64,000 bases of DNA from a virus: IMG/VR virus record IMGVR_UViG_3300025280_000024, positions 38,046-102,045 of that record; one strand, 5' to 3'. The number at the start of each line of letters is the position of its first letter. Positions within the stretch are counted from its first letter, which is position 1. The notes under the pieces were generated by a model. The model was not told where the DNA came from, did not search any database, and saw only the letters and a list, made by a program, of their open reading frames with translations. This document shows positions 38,074 through 47,855 of the stretch, in pieces. The translations under genes and the position numbers were made by a program.

Positions 38074-40583
38074 GATGTCCTTCTTTTCCTCAACATCTGT
38101 CGCAACTCCTGTTGTTCTGAAGAGGGCGGCGATGACAGCACTATATCGGCATATTTCTCAGCCAATTTTTCATCCTCTGCACTTACCGCCCATGAGTAAC
38201 CCTGTTCTAAATTGAATTTTATTGTTTTAAGCTTATCTCTGAGATCCCAAATATCATGAGATTCTTTTATATATTCGTCTACTTCCTCGAAGGATATTTG
38301 CCCTTTTTTACGAAGAACATCGTGCATACCCAAAATAAGCTTTTCCACTGCTGCGTTTTTTATTCCTAAGCCAGTTTTTGTTTGTTCTTGCATTTGTCTC
38401 TCGAAAAAGATCATTGGTTTTTCCACTTCGGCAATCACATAATGTGGATTTTGTCCCGGCGTCCAAGTTATGTGTTCTAATATAACAGATTTTGCCTTAG
38501 TGTTTATACCTTTATAAACAAAATACGACGGCCAAAGATCACGTTGATCAATTCTTGCATCATAACCCGATGGCGTTGGCCAATGTATTTCTCTTTCTGC
38601 TTCGGAAGTCAAATATTTATAAAGTTCAAATAAACGCTCGCGGCTGTCCATTACGTCGATGGCATCGTGCGTAACAGGAAGTGTAAGCAACGTCCCTCGT
38701 TTGAGAGCCTTAATTTCATCATAACTGGTTATTTTTTCATACTCAACATATTTTAGATTATTGATAAATCCAATCAATTTTTTTATATATTCATTTTTTT
38801 TGTATTCTGGATCCGTCGCGACTTTAATAATATGAGCATAATATAATGTAGCGTTTTTCATTATTTCATAATCCAAGTTATCGTGACCCGGATATCGAAA
38901 CTCGACATATCCCCTACTGTCAATATACTTGATATTAAATCCAAGATTCTTTCCGCCAGAATGCCTCGTTGAATATTCAACAACATCGGAAAGAGTTTTG
39001 TCAAGTATGTCAAAGTTCTTTTCAATAAAATTCCCTAATATTGATTCTCTATTGGGTCTGGAGGAGGGTTTATAACGAGCAACCTCTTTGCTTATCTGTG
39101 TTGTGATTGCTTCAATAACTGTCTGTTTGATGGGGCCGGCCCAACTACTTCCTTGGCGTGTCTCGAAGCCTTTTGTCGCAAAATCACGATTCAAAAACAA
39201 CAATGCTTTCATTAAGTTGTAATCTTTGTTTGATCTTCCTTCATCATCCAAATAACCAACGTTGGTGTGAAGGCCGGTTCTTCGATCCATATAAAAATTG
39301 TCTTGATTATCATAATCTTCAAAAAATAATTCCAAGAAATCCAAAGATTCTTGCAGGCCTTCGATATATGGTGGATTTGACATTGAAAACTCAACATGAG
39401 GATCTGGGCTCAACGTAGGATCCGGTGTATAATCCAATTGATGAGCATATTTGTTCATAAAATTTGGAAGATATCTTTGCATAAGCCCTATCATGCTGCT
39501 CTCGTCGAACTCTTCATCGCCATACTCGTCATAAATATGGCCATATTCCTCCTCATACCGATGTTCAATTTCAAAACCCATATCAGCTAGATAGCTGATG
39601 GGATCTCTGCGATATTCCTCCCACTGGCTTTGGGCTTCTTCTTCCATATATGTTTCGGCTTTGCGCTCAACCATGCTAGCAATCTCTTTTAAATGTTCGG
39701 AATCAGACTCTTTAAAATTGCTTGACAAATTCCAAGCATCGTTCATCACGCCCCACCTCGTGTCTAATTCCAAAATCTCTCCTTCAAGCAGTGAATCGAC
39801 ATCAAATAGCGCATCAGAGAACTCATCTCCCATTTCGATCCATCCGAAAAAGTCTTCCAAAGAAATCAGCATATCTTCGCGCTGTCGCCACAGTGGAAAT
39901 CCCGAAATATCAGATTTAAGATCAAAAACATATCTTCTAAACAGTTCAGCATTATCAATTCCTGATAATATATGAACAATCTTATCAGTTTCCTCTTCAG
40001 GATCCAAATCCAATCCAAGTTGAACTGCTTTCACTTCCGTAAATTCTGCCAGTTCTTCTTTAATCGCAGGGATGCTTAACAACAGCTCAATAAAAGCATT
40101 TGCTTCTGGAGAACCATCTCTTGAAATACTCTCAATCGCCGTATCATATAACTTCCGGCCGTCATCTGAATTCCTAACAGAGATTTCAAATTTTACAATC
40201 TGGTTACTTGCTGCTTCATCGGGCGGATATCCCATATTCGGAGCAATCTCGTCGGCAATATATCGATCAACCAAACCATCACCAGTGGCATCATACTCGT
40301 CAAGAAGAGAGTCCTCCACAAAACTTTCGAAATCTCTTTGTCCTGCGTCTTCAGAAAAATGATCAAAACTTATATAATTGCTAGCATATTCTTCCAAACT
40401 CGGACGTTCAGATTCGGCGCCGCCGAGCACTGCTGATTTATTAGAAAGAAGCTCAATCTCATATGAAATGGTAAACCGATCACTATCAGCCATCAGAACT
40501 TCTTTGTCTGCTTGTTTGAACTCTTGTATTAGTTCTTTTTCTTCTGCGATATACTTTCGCCAATTTTCAAATAATAGCTTCAT
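38070..40583 (-). CDS. MKL-leader protein 9; putative amidoligase (COOH-NH2 ligase-like) with a large acidic insertion
   Basis: TISYEIEL ... PDPTL...VEF ... TGLHTNVG ... YVEFRYPG. Confidence 0.6.
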   Translation of the reverse strand: MKLLFENWRKYIAEEKELIQEFKQADKEVLMADSDRFTISYEIELLSNKSAVLGGAESERPSLEEYASNYISFDHFSEDAGQRDFESFVEDSLLDEYDATGDGLVDRYIADEIAPNMGYPPDEAASNQIVKFEISVRNSDDGRKLYDTAIESISRDGSPEANAFIELLLSIPAIKEELAEFTEVKAVQLGLDLDPEEETDKIVHILSGIDNAELFRRYVFDLKSDISGFPLWRQREDMLISLEDFFGWIEMGDEFSDALFDVDSLLEGEILELDTRWGVMNDAWNLSSNFKESDSEHLKEIASMVERKAETYMEEEAQSQWEEYRRDPISYLADMGFEIEHRYEEEYGHIYDEYGDEEFDESSMIGLMQRYLPNFMNKYAHQLDYTPDPTLSPDPHVEFSMSNPPYIEGLQESLDFLELFFEDYDNQDNFYMDRRTGLHTNVGYLDDEGRSNKDYNLMKALLFLNRDFATKGFETRQGSSWAGPIKQTVIEAITTQISKEVARYKPSSRPNRESILGNFIEKNFDILDKTLSDVVEYSTRHSGGKNLGFNIKYIDSRGYVEFRYPGHDNLDYEIMKNATLYYAHIIKVATDPEYKKNEYIKKLIGFINNLKYVEYEKITSYDEIKALKRGTLLTLPVTHDAIDVMDSRERLFELYKYLTSEAEREIHWPTPSGYDARIDQRDLWPSYFVYKGINTKAKSVILEHITWTPGQNPHYVIAEVEKPMIFFERQMQEQTKTGLGIKNAAVEKLILGMHDVLRKKGQISFEEVDEYIKESHDIWDLRDKLKTIKFNLEQGYSWAVSAEDEKLAEKYADIVLSSPPSSEQQELRQMLRKRRTS

Positions 40584-42820
40584 TGCCTTCTTCCCAAAAG
40601 TATTTTTATTCCTTTTTTTCTCTTCTTGTTTTCATCGAGGCCTAGGGCTCGGGCGCGCTCGGGGAGTTCTTCTTTTTTTGATTCAAGTGTTTTCACAACT
40701 GCCTTGTTAAGTAGTTCGTCTATTGCCTCTTTGACTGCCTCAGAAAGAATATCATAGTTCTCATCAAAGTACTCAACAAACTCTGCTATGACTGCCGACT
40801 GAGTTTCATCCAATTCACCAGTTACTTCAACACTCATCTGAGTTTTGATTTTCTTTTCTTTGAGCGAAGCAGAGGTCATGTATGGATTAAATGTGAATGC
40901 TGTTGCTGGAAGCATCCTTTTTATTTCTGGTGCTTCAATACCTGGAATTTGCAGCTGTTTCTCTGCTTCGGCATAGGCTCGGACCATAAGAGCGTCCAAT
41001 TTATCATAAAGAAGGTCGTCCGCCCTACTGATGAGTTTAATCTTGAAGAAGTATACGATCTTTCTCTGTATATCCTTGTAATGCTCCATAACACGATCGA
41101 TCCAATCCGGGTTCCACTCGCCGGTGTCTTCAGTACCAGACTTCGCAAGATGCTCTAACCCCATCAACTCTATTATTTCTTTAGCTGCCTCATCGAAAAT
41201 AGTAATATTTTCATAAACAAATTGTACAGAAATTTCTACGCGTCTTCCTTCGGCGCTAACCACGAAATGCTTAAACTCTTTCTCTGCGAGTTTTGCTTTA
41301 AGTTGTCCAATAGGTTCGTCTGATATATCTAAAGCCCCTTCTTCAATGAATAACTTGATTAAATCTTCGCGAATATTATCATATTCCGAATCAATTTTAG
41401 ACATGGAATCCACAAAATTTCGAAAACCTTCGATACCCACTGACTCGTACTCGTCTGGATTTATGTCTATTCTCACTTCGTTTTGATAAACCTCCAAGTA
41501 ATCCGGATAAATGTAATAAGCATCCAGCAGCGATCTCATTTCATCTTCTAAATCAAAATCCTCTAAATCCTCAGGTTGGAACTTGGGGCCAAAATCTAAA
41601 TCTCCAAAGTCAAACCCAAAACCACCACTCCAGTATTCATTCTCATCATAATCGCGGTGAATATAGACGTGTTGTAATCCAGCCTCATCCTCAATCCTTT
41701 GGTACTCTTCTTCCGATGGGCCGGCAGGATTCATCTCAAAGTGGTGTTGTGCTTCAGTATCAATAGTGTTCCATATGTCTAATACTTCGTTATCCCAAAC
41801 TTCTTCCAGATCGTCGTCGGGTTCTAATCCAAGTTTATCGAGTGTGGCCAATATCTCTGCCTGCTGTTCTGGATATTCTTCGCGAAAATCATCTTCCAAG
41901 TGTGGTGTCTGAACGTCTCGGTCTTTTTCATACCTTTGAATATACTCAGTATAATTAATAGCAAGTTTATAGGCGTCAACAAAGTCTTCTCCAAGAAGGT
42001 TCATTGCAATAATCTCTGTGACCTCCTCGTTGTCCATTGAATTATCTGCAGCATCATAAGCTTCCTCAAATTCACCATGATCACCATAAACCAAAGCTAA
42101 CTTATGATATTGGCGATAAGAACTGGTCCAAAAATTCTTTTTGTTCTTCATAAAAAGGAAATAGAATCCTTTGCCTTCGGCGGTAATACTGTTGAAATAG
42201 TTCTCTGACTGTGTCGCTGAAATACACCACTTTGTTCCCATGCCCCAATAGCAGGATGCGCCGGTAGTAAGTGGGCGAACCAACAAGAAATTGTCGTCTT
42301 TCATTATTATTTCGGAGTTTTGTATTGCTTCTTGTTTTTGTTGTTCTTTTTTCGCCTTCTCTTCATCTTTTTCCTTTTTTCGGCTTTCGCCATAACGAAC
42401 AACAGCGTTCAAAGTATCTAAATTTGGTACTTTTTGGAGATCTTTGAACTCAGCATTGGCACCTTCGAGGTATTTGCTATACAAATGATACTTCTCAATT
42501 TGATTCGCGACTTTCATCGCGATACCTTCCGAACTAAATTCATTATCTTGTTGTGTCATTATCGGCAGGTTTTCCAACTTGCCAACATCTTTCGCACCTC
42601 CGCTGCGTCTCTCGCTGATTTCTTTGTCCAGGATAAGTGCAGCCGGTATAAGATACTTTTGATTTCCAGAAGGATCCTTTTCAATGAGAATATCAAGCAG
42701 GCCTTTCTTGGTTAACCAGGGATACTTCTTCTTTGCGTCTTGTATTCTGCCTTCTATAAGCAGTTGTTCTTCGTTGAGAAGGTTTATGTATTTTCGCCAG
42801 TTTTCAAATAGGAGTTTCAT
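40580..42820 (-). CDS. MKL-leader protein 8; large acidic protein
   Basis: GASCYWGMGTKWCISA domain related to that in 44638..45894 and 46470..47855. Confidence 0.65.
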   Translation of the reverse strand: MKLLFENWRKYINLLNEEQLLIEGRIQDAKKKYPWLTKKGLLDILIEKDPSGNQKYLIPAALILDKEISERRSGGAKDVGKLENLPIMTQQDNEFSSEGIAMKVANQIEKYHLYSKYLEGANAEFKDLQKVPNLDTLNAVVRYGESRKKEKDEEKAKKEQQKQEAIQNSEIIMKDDNFLLVRPLTTGASCYWGMGTKWCISATQSENYFNSITAEGKGFYFLFMKNKKNFWTSSYRQYHKLALVYGDHGEFEEAYDAADNSMDNEEVTEIIAMNLLGEDFVDAYKLAINYTEYIQRYEKDRDVQTPHLEDDFREEYPEQQAEILATLDKLGLEPDDDLEEVWDNEVLDIWNTIDTEAQHHFEMNPAGPSEEEYQRIEDEAGLQHVYIHRDYDENEYWSGGFGFDFGDLDFGPKFQPEDLEDFDLEDEMRSLLDAYYIYPDYLEVYQNEVRIDINPDEYESVGIEGFRNFVDSMSKIDSEYDNIREDLIKLFIEEGALDISDEPIGQLKAKLAEKEFKHFVVSAEGRRVEISVQFVYENITIFDEAAKEIIELMGLEHLAKSGTEDTGEWNPDWIDRVMEHYKDIQRKIVYFFKIKLISRADDLLYDKLDALMVRAYAEAEKQLQIPGIEAPEIKRMLPATAFTFNPYMTSASLKEKKIKTQMSVEVTGELDETQSAVIAEFVEYFDENYDILSEAVKEAIDELLNKAVVKTLESKKEELPERARALGLDENKKRKKGIKILLGRRQ

Positions 42821-42821
42821 C

Positions 42822-43163
42822 TTATTTCCTCACCAATTTAGGATTCAACACAACAATCGAAGGCTCTTCTCCGTTGGGTTCTATAACTTTAACAATATCA
42901 TATCCTTTAAACATTTCCTGTGGTTGCCAAATTTCTTGAAACTCTTGCCACCAAAAAACTTTGGGATAAACGCTTGCTTCAGACAAATCAATTTCAACTT
43001 CAGATACTTGCCCATCTTTATGTTGTGCTGCATATTTTTCAGCGTATACTCTGTCTTTTGAATAGAATGTTCCAATACGAGTAGATAAAAAGTCTTTTCC
43101 GCCTCCGTGATAATATGTTTCTTCTTTCAAGAACTCTCGCCAATTTTCAAATAGGAGTTTCAT
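42822..43163 (-). CDS. MKL-leader protein 7; ADP-ribosyltransferase-fold-like
   Basis: YYHGG...FYS....A..YA...GYD......E...VVLNP pattern of small phage ART-like domains. Confidence 0.5.
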   Translation of the reverse strand: MKLLFENWREFLKEETYYHGGGKDFLSTRIGTFYSKDRVYAEKYAAQHKDGQVSEVEIDLSEASVYPKVFWWQEFQEIWQPQEMFKGYDIVKVIEPNGEEPSIVVLNPKLVRK

Positions 43164-43831
43164 ATATTTTCCTCTTTGGGCGAATTGTCGTCCGGACCTG
43201 TTAGTTTCGTAATGAAATCAAGTAAGGCATTATCAATGTCATCTGATAAATTATTATCCATCATATCAAACATCATTTGACTAGCCTGTATATATGTTAT
43301 GTCTGATGCTCTATAAAGATTCCAAAGTTTACTATCAAAATCCTCTCTATTTTGGAAGTTTTTAATTAAATCACCAACGCCTGTTTCAAATATTTCCCAA
43401 GCGCCAGGAATAGATTGAAGACTAGCTGGTCGTGGATGGCCTGATCCGACAGCGTCGGACGCTTCGGCCACCGGGTGTCCTTTTTGAGAAGAAATCATAA
43501 TCACAGGCACATCCAGATTACACTTGAGAGCCGCCGTCAATCTGTGCCTACCTTCAACGGTATAATCTGCGTCAAGATCAATTATGATTGGTTTTTTTAT
43601 CTCGCCATCAGCACAAATCTGGTCAATCTGTTCTTGATCGGTCGGTTCACCTTCTCGTCTTACTTTGTCTTTAAGCCAAAATTTTATATCTTCTTTGTTA
43701 GAAGCCAGTATTGTGTCTCGCTCCAATTTAACATCTTCTATGTTTCTACCGAGTTCGTTCAAGTAAGCGCGAACTTCGTCCATTGCATTCTCTCTTAGAA
43801 ATTTTCGCCAGCTTTCAAACAACAACTTCAT
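43160..43831 (-). CDS. MKL-leader protein 6; ParB/sulfiredoxin-like domain (start at 43831)
   Basis: MKLLFESWRKFLRE; KPIII...VEGRHRLTAA...VPV. Confidence 0.6.
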   Translation of the reverse strand: MKLLFESWRKFLRENAMDEVRAYLNELGRNIEDVKLERDTILASNKEDIKFWLKDKVRREGEPTDQEQIDQICADGEIKKPIIIDLDADYTVEGRHRLTAALKCNLDVPVIMISSQKGHPVAEASDAVGSGHPRPASLQSIPGAWEIFETGVGDLIKNFQNREDFDSKLWNLYRASDITYIQASQMMFDMMDNNLSDDIDNALLDFITKLTGPDDNSPKEENI

Positions 43832-43832
43832 A

Positions 43833-44552
43833 TTATCTGTCCCAGTCAATCTCTGCGTGAGGAAAGCGAGACTGCATATAGTAGCGCCAATATTCTCTAA
43901 TCTTACTCATTATCGGACCCAGTTCCTCTTCGGTGTATCCATAATGTAATCCCGTACTATAAATATTCATCAACTCTTGATCTAATACTTCGCCGGCGGG
44001 TTCCTTAAACATCTTTGCTTTCTTATAAATACCAACGACATGAGCTTTTGTTTCTGATTCGTTGGTAAAATATGCTTCTGCGCTTTCAAGAGTGTTCCAA
44101 ACATCTCCCGTAGGAATCTTTTTTTGAATCTTCATCAACATTTCAGTGGGTTGCGTGCTGTGTTCCAGTTCGTGTCTCAATGATTCTTTAATCTCTGGAA
44201 TCAATTCGGAAAATATTGAGTTTTCATAACCTATCGGCAAGATAACATCCACAACAATTTCTGAATTTTTTCTTTGTTCTTCTGTTGCGTCCAAGTCAAA
44301 CTCGTATTTTGCATGAGCATAAACTAGATCTCCTTCCAACATATTAACATAGACATCTTTGACATATTCTAAATTATCCAAAATATGTTCAATATCTAAT
44401 TTAAAATAAGCTTGTTTGGCTTGATTGAAAGCATCTTTGACATCTGAATCTTTCAAAGCGTTTACTATTTCTCTGGAGATTAGGGTCGTATATTGTTCTA
44501 GTTCTCGGCCTTCTTTCAAATATCGTCGCCAACTTTCAAACAGCAGCTTCAT
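43833..44552 (-). CDS. MKL-leader protein 5; HEXXH metallopeptidase-like (start at 44552)
   Basis: MKLLFESWRRYLKE; LRHELEH...YF....E..AH. Confidence 0.6.
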   Translation of the reverse strand: MKLLFESWRRYLKEGRELEQYTTLISREIVNALKDSDVKDAFNQAKQAYFKLDIEHILDNLEYVKDVYVNMLEGDLVYAHAKYEFDLDATEEQRKNSEIVVDVILPIGYENSIFSELIPEIKESLRHELEHSTQPTEMLMKIQKKIPTGDVWNTLESAEAYFTNESETKAHVVGIYKKAKMFKEPAGEVLDQELMNIYSTGLHYGYTEEELGPIMSKIREYWRYYMQSRFPHAEIDWDR

Positions 44553-44637
44553 ATTCTTTCCTCGATCGATACGGTTTTCCGTTGAGAAACCACTGTTGTG
44601 ATCCCTTCGGCTGCATCGTAGGTGGTTTTGTTGTGTT

Positions 44638-45894
44638 TCATTGTTGCTGCAGTTTCCCGTTGAGATACCACTGTTTTTTTCCATTGGCACGTATCACAGC
44701 AGGACCATCTTCACGATGTCGTTTCCCGTTGAGCCACCACTGTTTTGTTCCATCGGGCCCTATCTCAGCAGGCCCATCCTCGCGATGTAGTTCCCCGTTG
44801 AGATACCAGAACTTTGATCCATCAGTATATATCACAGCAGGCCCATCCTCGCGATGTAGTTCCCCGTTGAGATACCAACCTTTTGTTCCATCAGCATGTA
44901 TCAAAGCAGGACCATCTTCGCGATGCCGTTCTCCGTTGAGATACCACCATTTTGATCCATTAGCATGTATCAAAGCAGGTCCATCCTCGCGATGTAGTTC
45001 CCCGTTGAGCCACCACACTTTTTGGGCACTAGTGGACACATACACTCTTCCATCATCATATTCTCTATAATCGTACTGTTCAACTTTTTTCAAAATAGGT
45101 TTGGGCAGGTGCTTATTTCCTCTGAGTCTTGAAACCAGTTTGGCTAATAGTTCACCGTCGATGGCGAGGTCGTCTACGTTCATGTATTGTCTTGAACCAA
45201 AGTGTATCTGAACATCTTCTGAAGAATCTGTTTTGTGTTTGAAGATAATCAGTGGATCTTCTGCAGAGTGGTATTGTTCATAGAAATCTAAACCAGGAGC
45301 AGCAGTACACCATTGTGTTCCTTTTCCAAGCTCGCAAGCAGCACCTTTGTTGGTTGGAATATAGACAACGTATTCTTCATCTTCATGAATCTTGTGTTTT
45401 CCCTGTCCAGCATCTAAATACCGTTTTTTTGCAAGGTGTTTTCCGTAGGGTTCTCTAGCATCGTCGACAATTGATTGAAGTTGATCGATTGAATCAATCT
45501 TTGCCAGTTGTTTAACAGAAAGAAGCCTGTCTAAGTTTTGTTTCTTTATTTGAAAGAAGGTTTCAAGAGCAGCGCGATCATCGGGCGTCAACACTATAAG
45601 GATTTGATAATCGCGAATAAACAACGAAACGAGCCAATTAAGTGCTTCTGCTTTGTCTTTTTCATCAATATCTCTAGGGATAAAAGCTAATAGAGTAACG
45701 GCGGCGGATCCAACTGTTTCTTTTGAGGCGATATCGAAGAGGCGCTCATCTTCAATAACTTGGTTATAGTTTTCCACTGCTCTCTTGAATTTCTTTGATT
45801 CGAAGCGTTTTTTAACATCTTCCATTCGAACTTCTTGAATAAGTTCTGATTGTTCATTCAAGAACTTTCGCCAGTTTTCAAATATCAGCTTCAT
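44638..45894 (-). CDS. MKL-leader protein 4; WC-motif domain plus 23-aa MORN-like repeats (C-terminus disrupted)
   Basis: Paralog of 46470..47855; 5 full WxLNG.xHREDGPA repeats. Confidence 0.75.
   Translation of the reverse strand: MKLIFENWRKFLNEQSELIQEVRMEDVKKRFESKKFKRAVENYNQVIEDERLFDIASKETVGSAAVTLLAFIPRDIDEKDKAEALNWLVSLFIRDYQILIVLTPDDRAALETFFQIKKQNLDRLLSVKQLAKIDSIDQLQSIVDDAREPYGKHLAKKRYLDAGQGKHKIHEDEEYVVYIPTNKGAACELGKGTQWCTAAPGLDFYEQYHSAEDPLIIFKHKTDSSEDVQIHFGSRQYMNVDDLAIDGELLAKLVSRLRGNKHLPKPILKKVEQYDYREYDDGRVYVSTSAQKVWWLNGELHREDGPALIHANGSKWWYLNGERHREDGPALIHADGTKGWYLNGELHREDGPAVIYTDGSKFWYLNGELHREDGPAEIGPDGTKQWWLNGKRHREDGPAVIRANGKKQWYLNGKLQQQ
44650..45030. repeat. 69-bp tandem coding repeats
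   Basis: Recurring ...cccgttgagatacca...gcagg(a/t/c)ccatc..c(a/g)cgatg... units. Confidence 0.9.
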
Positions 45895-46486
45895 TTAATA
45901 TATTCTCCAATTCTTGAATGGTCTTAGCCGTGTCTGTATGCAATATAGCAATTCCTCCTGCTTCAGTCCATGGAACTGTATTCTTTGAGAAATCGTCAAT
46001 TAAAATGTTTGGTTTCCCATTTGTGACTGCCCAACGATATTTGTCGTGTGACATATAAATTTTCTCAGGTGGAGGAGGGTTTAAATTATTATCTATCCAT
46101 TCTTGTTTGCCAATCTCTGACCCATAACCCATTGGAGCAGTCAAAACGTATGGATTGTATGGTGCAATATGATTCCACAACTGTTTGCCATCGGGCATCC
46201 ACTCTAAATCTCTCCAAAAGTTTGCATGATGTTGTAATTCTTTGTACATAAACCTTTTGACAACTTTGTTACCACCAATGTCTTCACCATCAACATAGTC
46301 ACGATCGATTTCTGCTTTTAACTCTTCGGCTTCGCCACTTTGTAGTTTATTGGTTATATAATTTACGGCACCCCCAATAAAATCAACAAGCACACCGTCC
46401 ATATCACAATAAATTTGATATGTCTGAGTTCGTTCAGAGGGCACATAGTTCAGATATTTGCGCCAATTTTCAAATAGCAGCTTCAT
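45878..46486 (-). CDS. MKL-leader protein 3; HAD-family 5'(3')-deoxyribonucleotidase-like (start at 46486)
   Basis: IYCDMDGVLVDF, VLTAP, K..W, ILIDD...N...W...GG..ILH. Confidence 0.85.
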   Translation of the reverse strand: MKLLFENWRKYLNYVPSERTQTYQIYCDMDGVLVDFIGGAVNYITNKLQSGEAEELKAEIDRDYVDGEDIGGNKVVKRFMYKELQHHANFWRDLEWMPDGKQLWNHIAPYNPYVLTAPMGYGSEIGKQEWIDNNLNPPPPEKIYMSHDKYRWAVTNGKPNILIDDFSKNTVPWTEAGGIAILHTDTAKTIQELENILNEADI

Positions 46487-47855
46487 ATTCTTTCCTCGAT
46501 AGACGTTTCCCGTTGAGATACCACACTTTTGATCCATCAGCACCTATCAAAGCAGGTCCATCTTCACGATGCAGTTTCCCGTTGAGATACCACACTTTTG
46601 ATCCATCAGCATATATCACAGCAGGTCCATCTTCACGATGCTGTTTCCCGTTGAGAAACCACTCTTTTGTTCCATTAGTATATATCACAGCAGGTCCATC
46701 TTCACGATGTCGTTTCCCGTTGAGATACCAGCGTTTTGATCCATTGGCAACTATCACAGCAGGTCCATCTTCGCGATGTCGTTCCCCGTTGAGCCACCAC
46801 TCTTTTGTTCCATCAGCACCTATCAAAGCAGGTCCATCTTCACGATGCAGTTTCCCGTTGAGATACCAGTGTTTTGTTCCATTGGCACGTATCACAGCAG
46901 GTCCATTTTCACGATGTCGTTTCCCGTTGAGATACCACGATTTTGTTCCATTAGCATATATCACAGCAGGTCCATCTTCACGATGCAGTTTCCCGTTGAG
47001 ATACCACTGTTTTTTTCCATCAATGGACAAGTATACTCTTCCATCATCATATTCTCTATAATCGTACTGTTCAACTTTTTTCAAAATAGGTTTGGGCAGG
47101 TGCTTATTTCCTCTGAGTCTTGAAACCAGTTTGGCTAATAGTTCACCGTCGATGGCGTAGTCGTCTACGTTCATGTATTGCTCAGAACCAAAGTGTATTT
47201 GAACGTCTTTTGAAGAATCTGTTTTGTGTTTGAAGATGATCAGTGGATCTTCTGCAGAGTGGTATTGTTTATAGTAATCTAAACCAGGAGCAGCAGTACA
47301 CCATTGTGTTCCTTTTCCAAGCTCGCAAGCAGCGCCTTTGTTGGTTGGGATGTAGACAACGTATTCACTATCTTCGTGAATCTTGTGTTTCCCTTGTCCA
47401 GCATCTAAATATCGTTTTTTTGCAAGGTGTTTTCTGTAGGGTTCCCTAGCATCATCGACAATTGATTGAAGTTGATCGATTGAATCAATCTTTGCCAGTT
47501 GCTTAACAGAAAGAAACCTGTCTAAGTTTTGTTTCTTTATCTGAAAGAAGGTTTCAAGGGCAGCGCGATGGAGGGGAGCGAATATTTCCGCAGAGATGGA
47601 TAGGGATCCACGAATAAACAGTGAAATGATCCAGTTAAGTGCTTCTGCTTTGTCTTTTTCATCAATGTCCTCGGGGACGCAACTTAATAAAGTGTCAATG
47701 ATGAATTCAATTGAGAAATCAGTGTTTTGTTCCGCTGCTGCTCTCTTGAATTTCTTTGATTCGAAGCGTTTTTTAACATCTTCCATTTGAACTTCATGAA
47801 TAAGCTCTGTCTGTTCATTCAAGAACTTTCGCCAGTTTTCAAATATCAGCTTCAT
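46470..47855 (-). CDS. MKL-leader protein 2; WC-motif domain plus 7 MORN-like 23-aa repeats
   Basis: GAACELGKGTQWCTAA; WYLNGKLHREDGPA repeats. Confidence 0.8.
   Translation of the reverse strand: MKLIFENWRKFLNEQTELIHEVQMEDVKKRFESKKFKRAAAEQNTDFSIEFIIDTLLSCVPEDIDEKDKAEALNWIISLFIRGSLSISAEIFAPLHRAALETFFQIKKQNLDRFLSVKQLAKIDSIDQLQSIVDDAREPYRKHLAKKRYLDAGQGKHKIHEDSEYVVYIPTNKGAACELGKGTQWCTAAPGLDYYKQYHSAEDPLIIFKHKTDSSKDVQIHFGSEQYMNVDDYAIDGELLAKLVSRLRGNKHLPKPILKKVEQYDYREYDDGRVYLSIDGKKQWYLNGKLHREDGPAVIYANGTKSWYLNGKRHRENGPAVIRANGTKHWYLNGKLHREDGPALIGADGTKEWWLNGERHREDGPAVIVANGSKRWYLNGKRHREDGPAVIYTNGTKEWFLNGKQHREDGPAVIYADGSKVWYLNGKLHREDGPALIGADGSKVWYLNGKRLSRKEYEAAI
46500..47030. repeat. 69-bp tandem coding repeats
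   Basis: Seven and a half units of the same repeat as 44650-45030. Confidence 0.9.

Noticed and set aside
44553-44690. ORF-track N-terminal extensions of 43833..44690, 45878..46543 and 43160..43849
   Set aside because: The internal MKLLFE leader marks the true starts (44552, 46486, 43831).
44536-47030. Diversity-generating retroelement (TR/VR pair) in the repeat genes
   Set aside because: No reverse transcriptase in the window; differences are not confined to adenines and the aberrant unit differs in length.
44650-47030. CRISPR array
   Set aside because: The 69-bp units are contiguous in-frame coding repeats with no unique spacers, and there are no cas genes.
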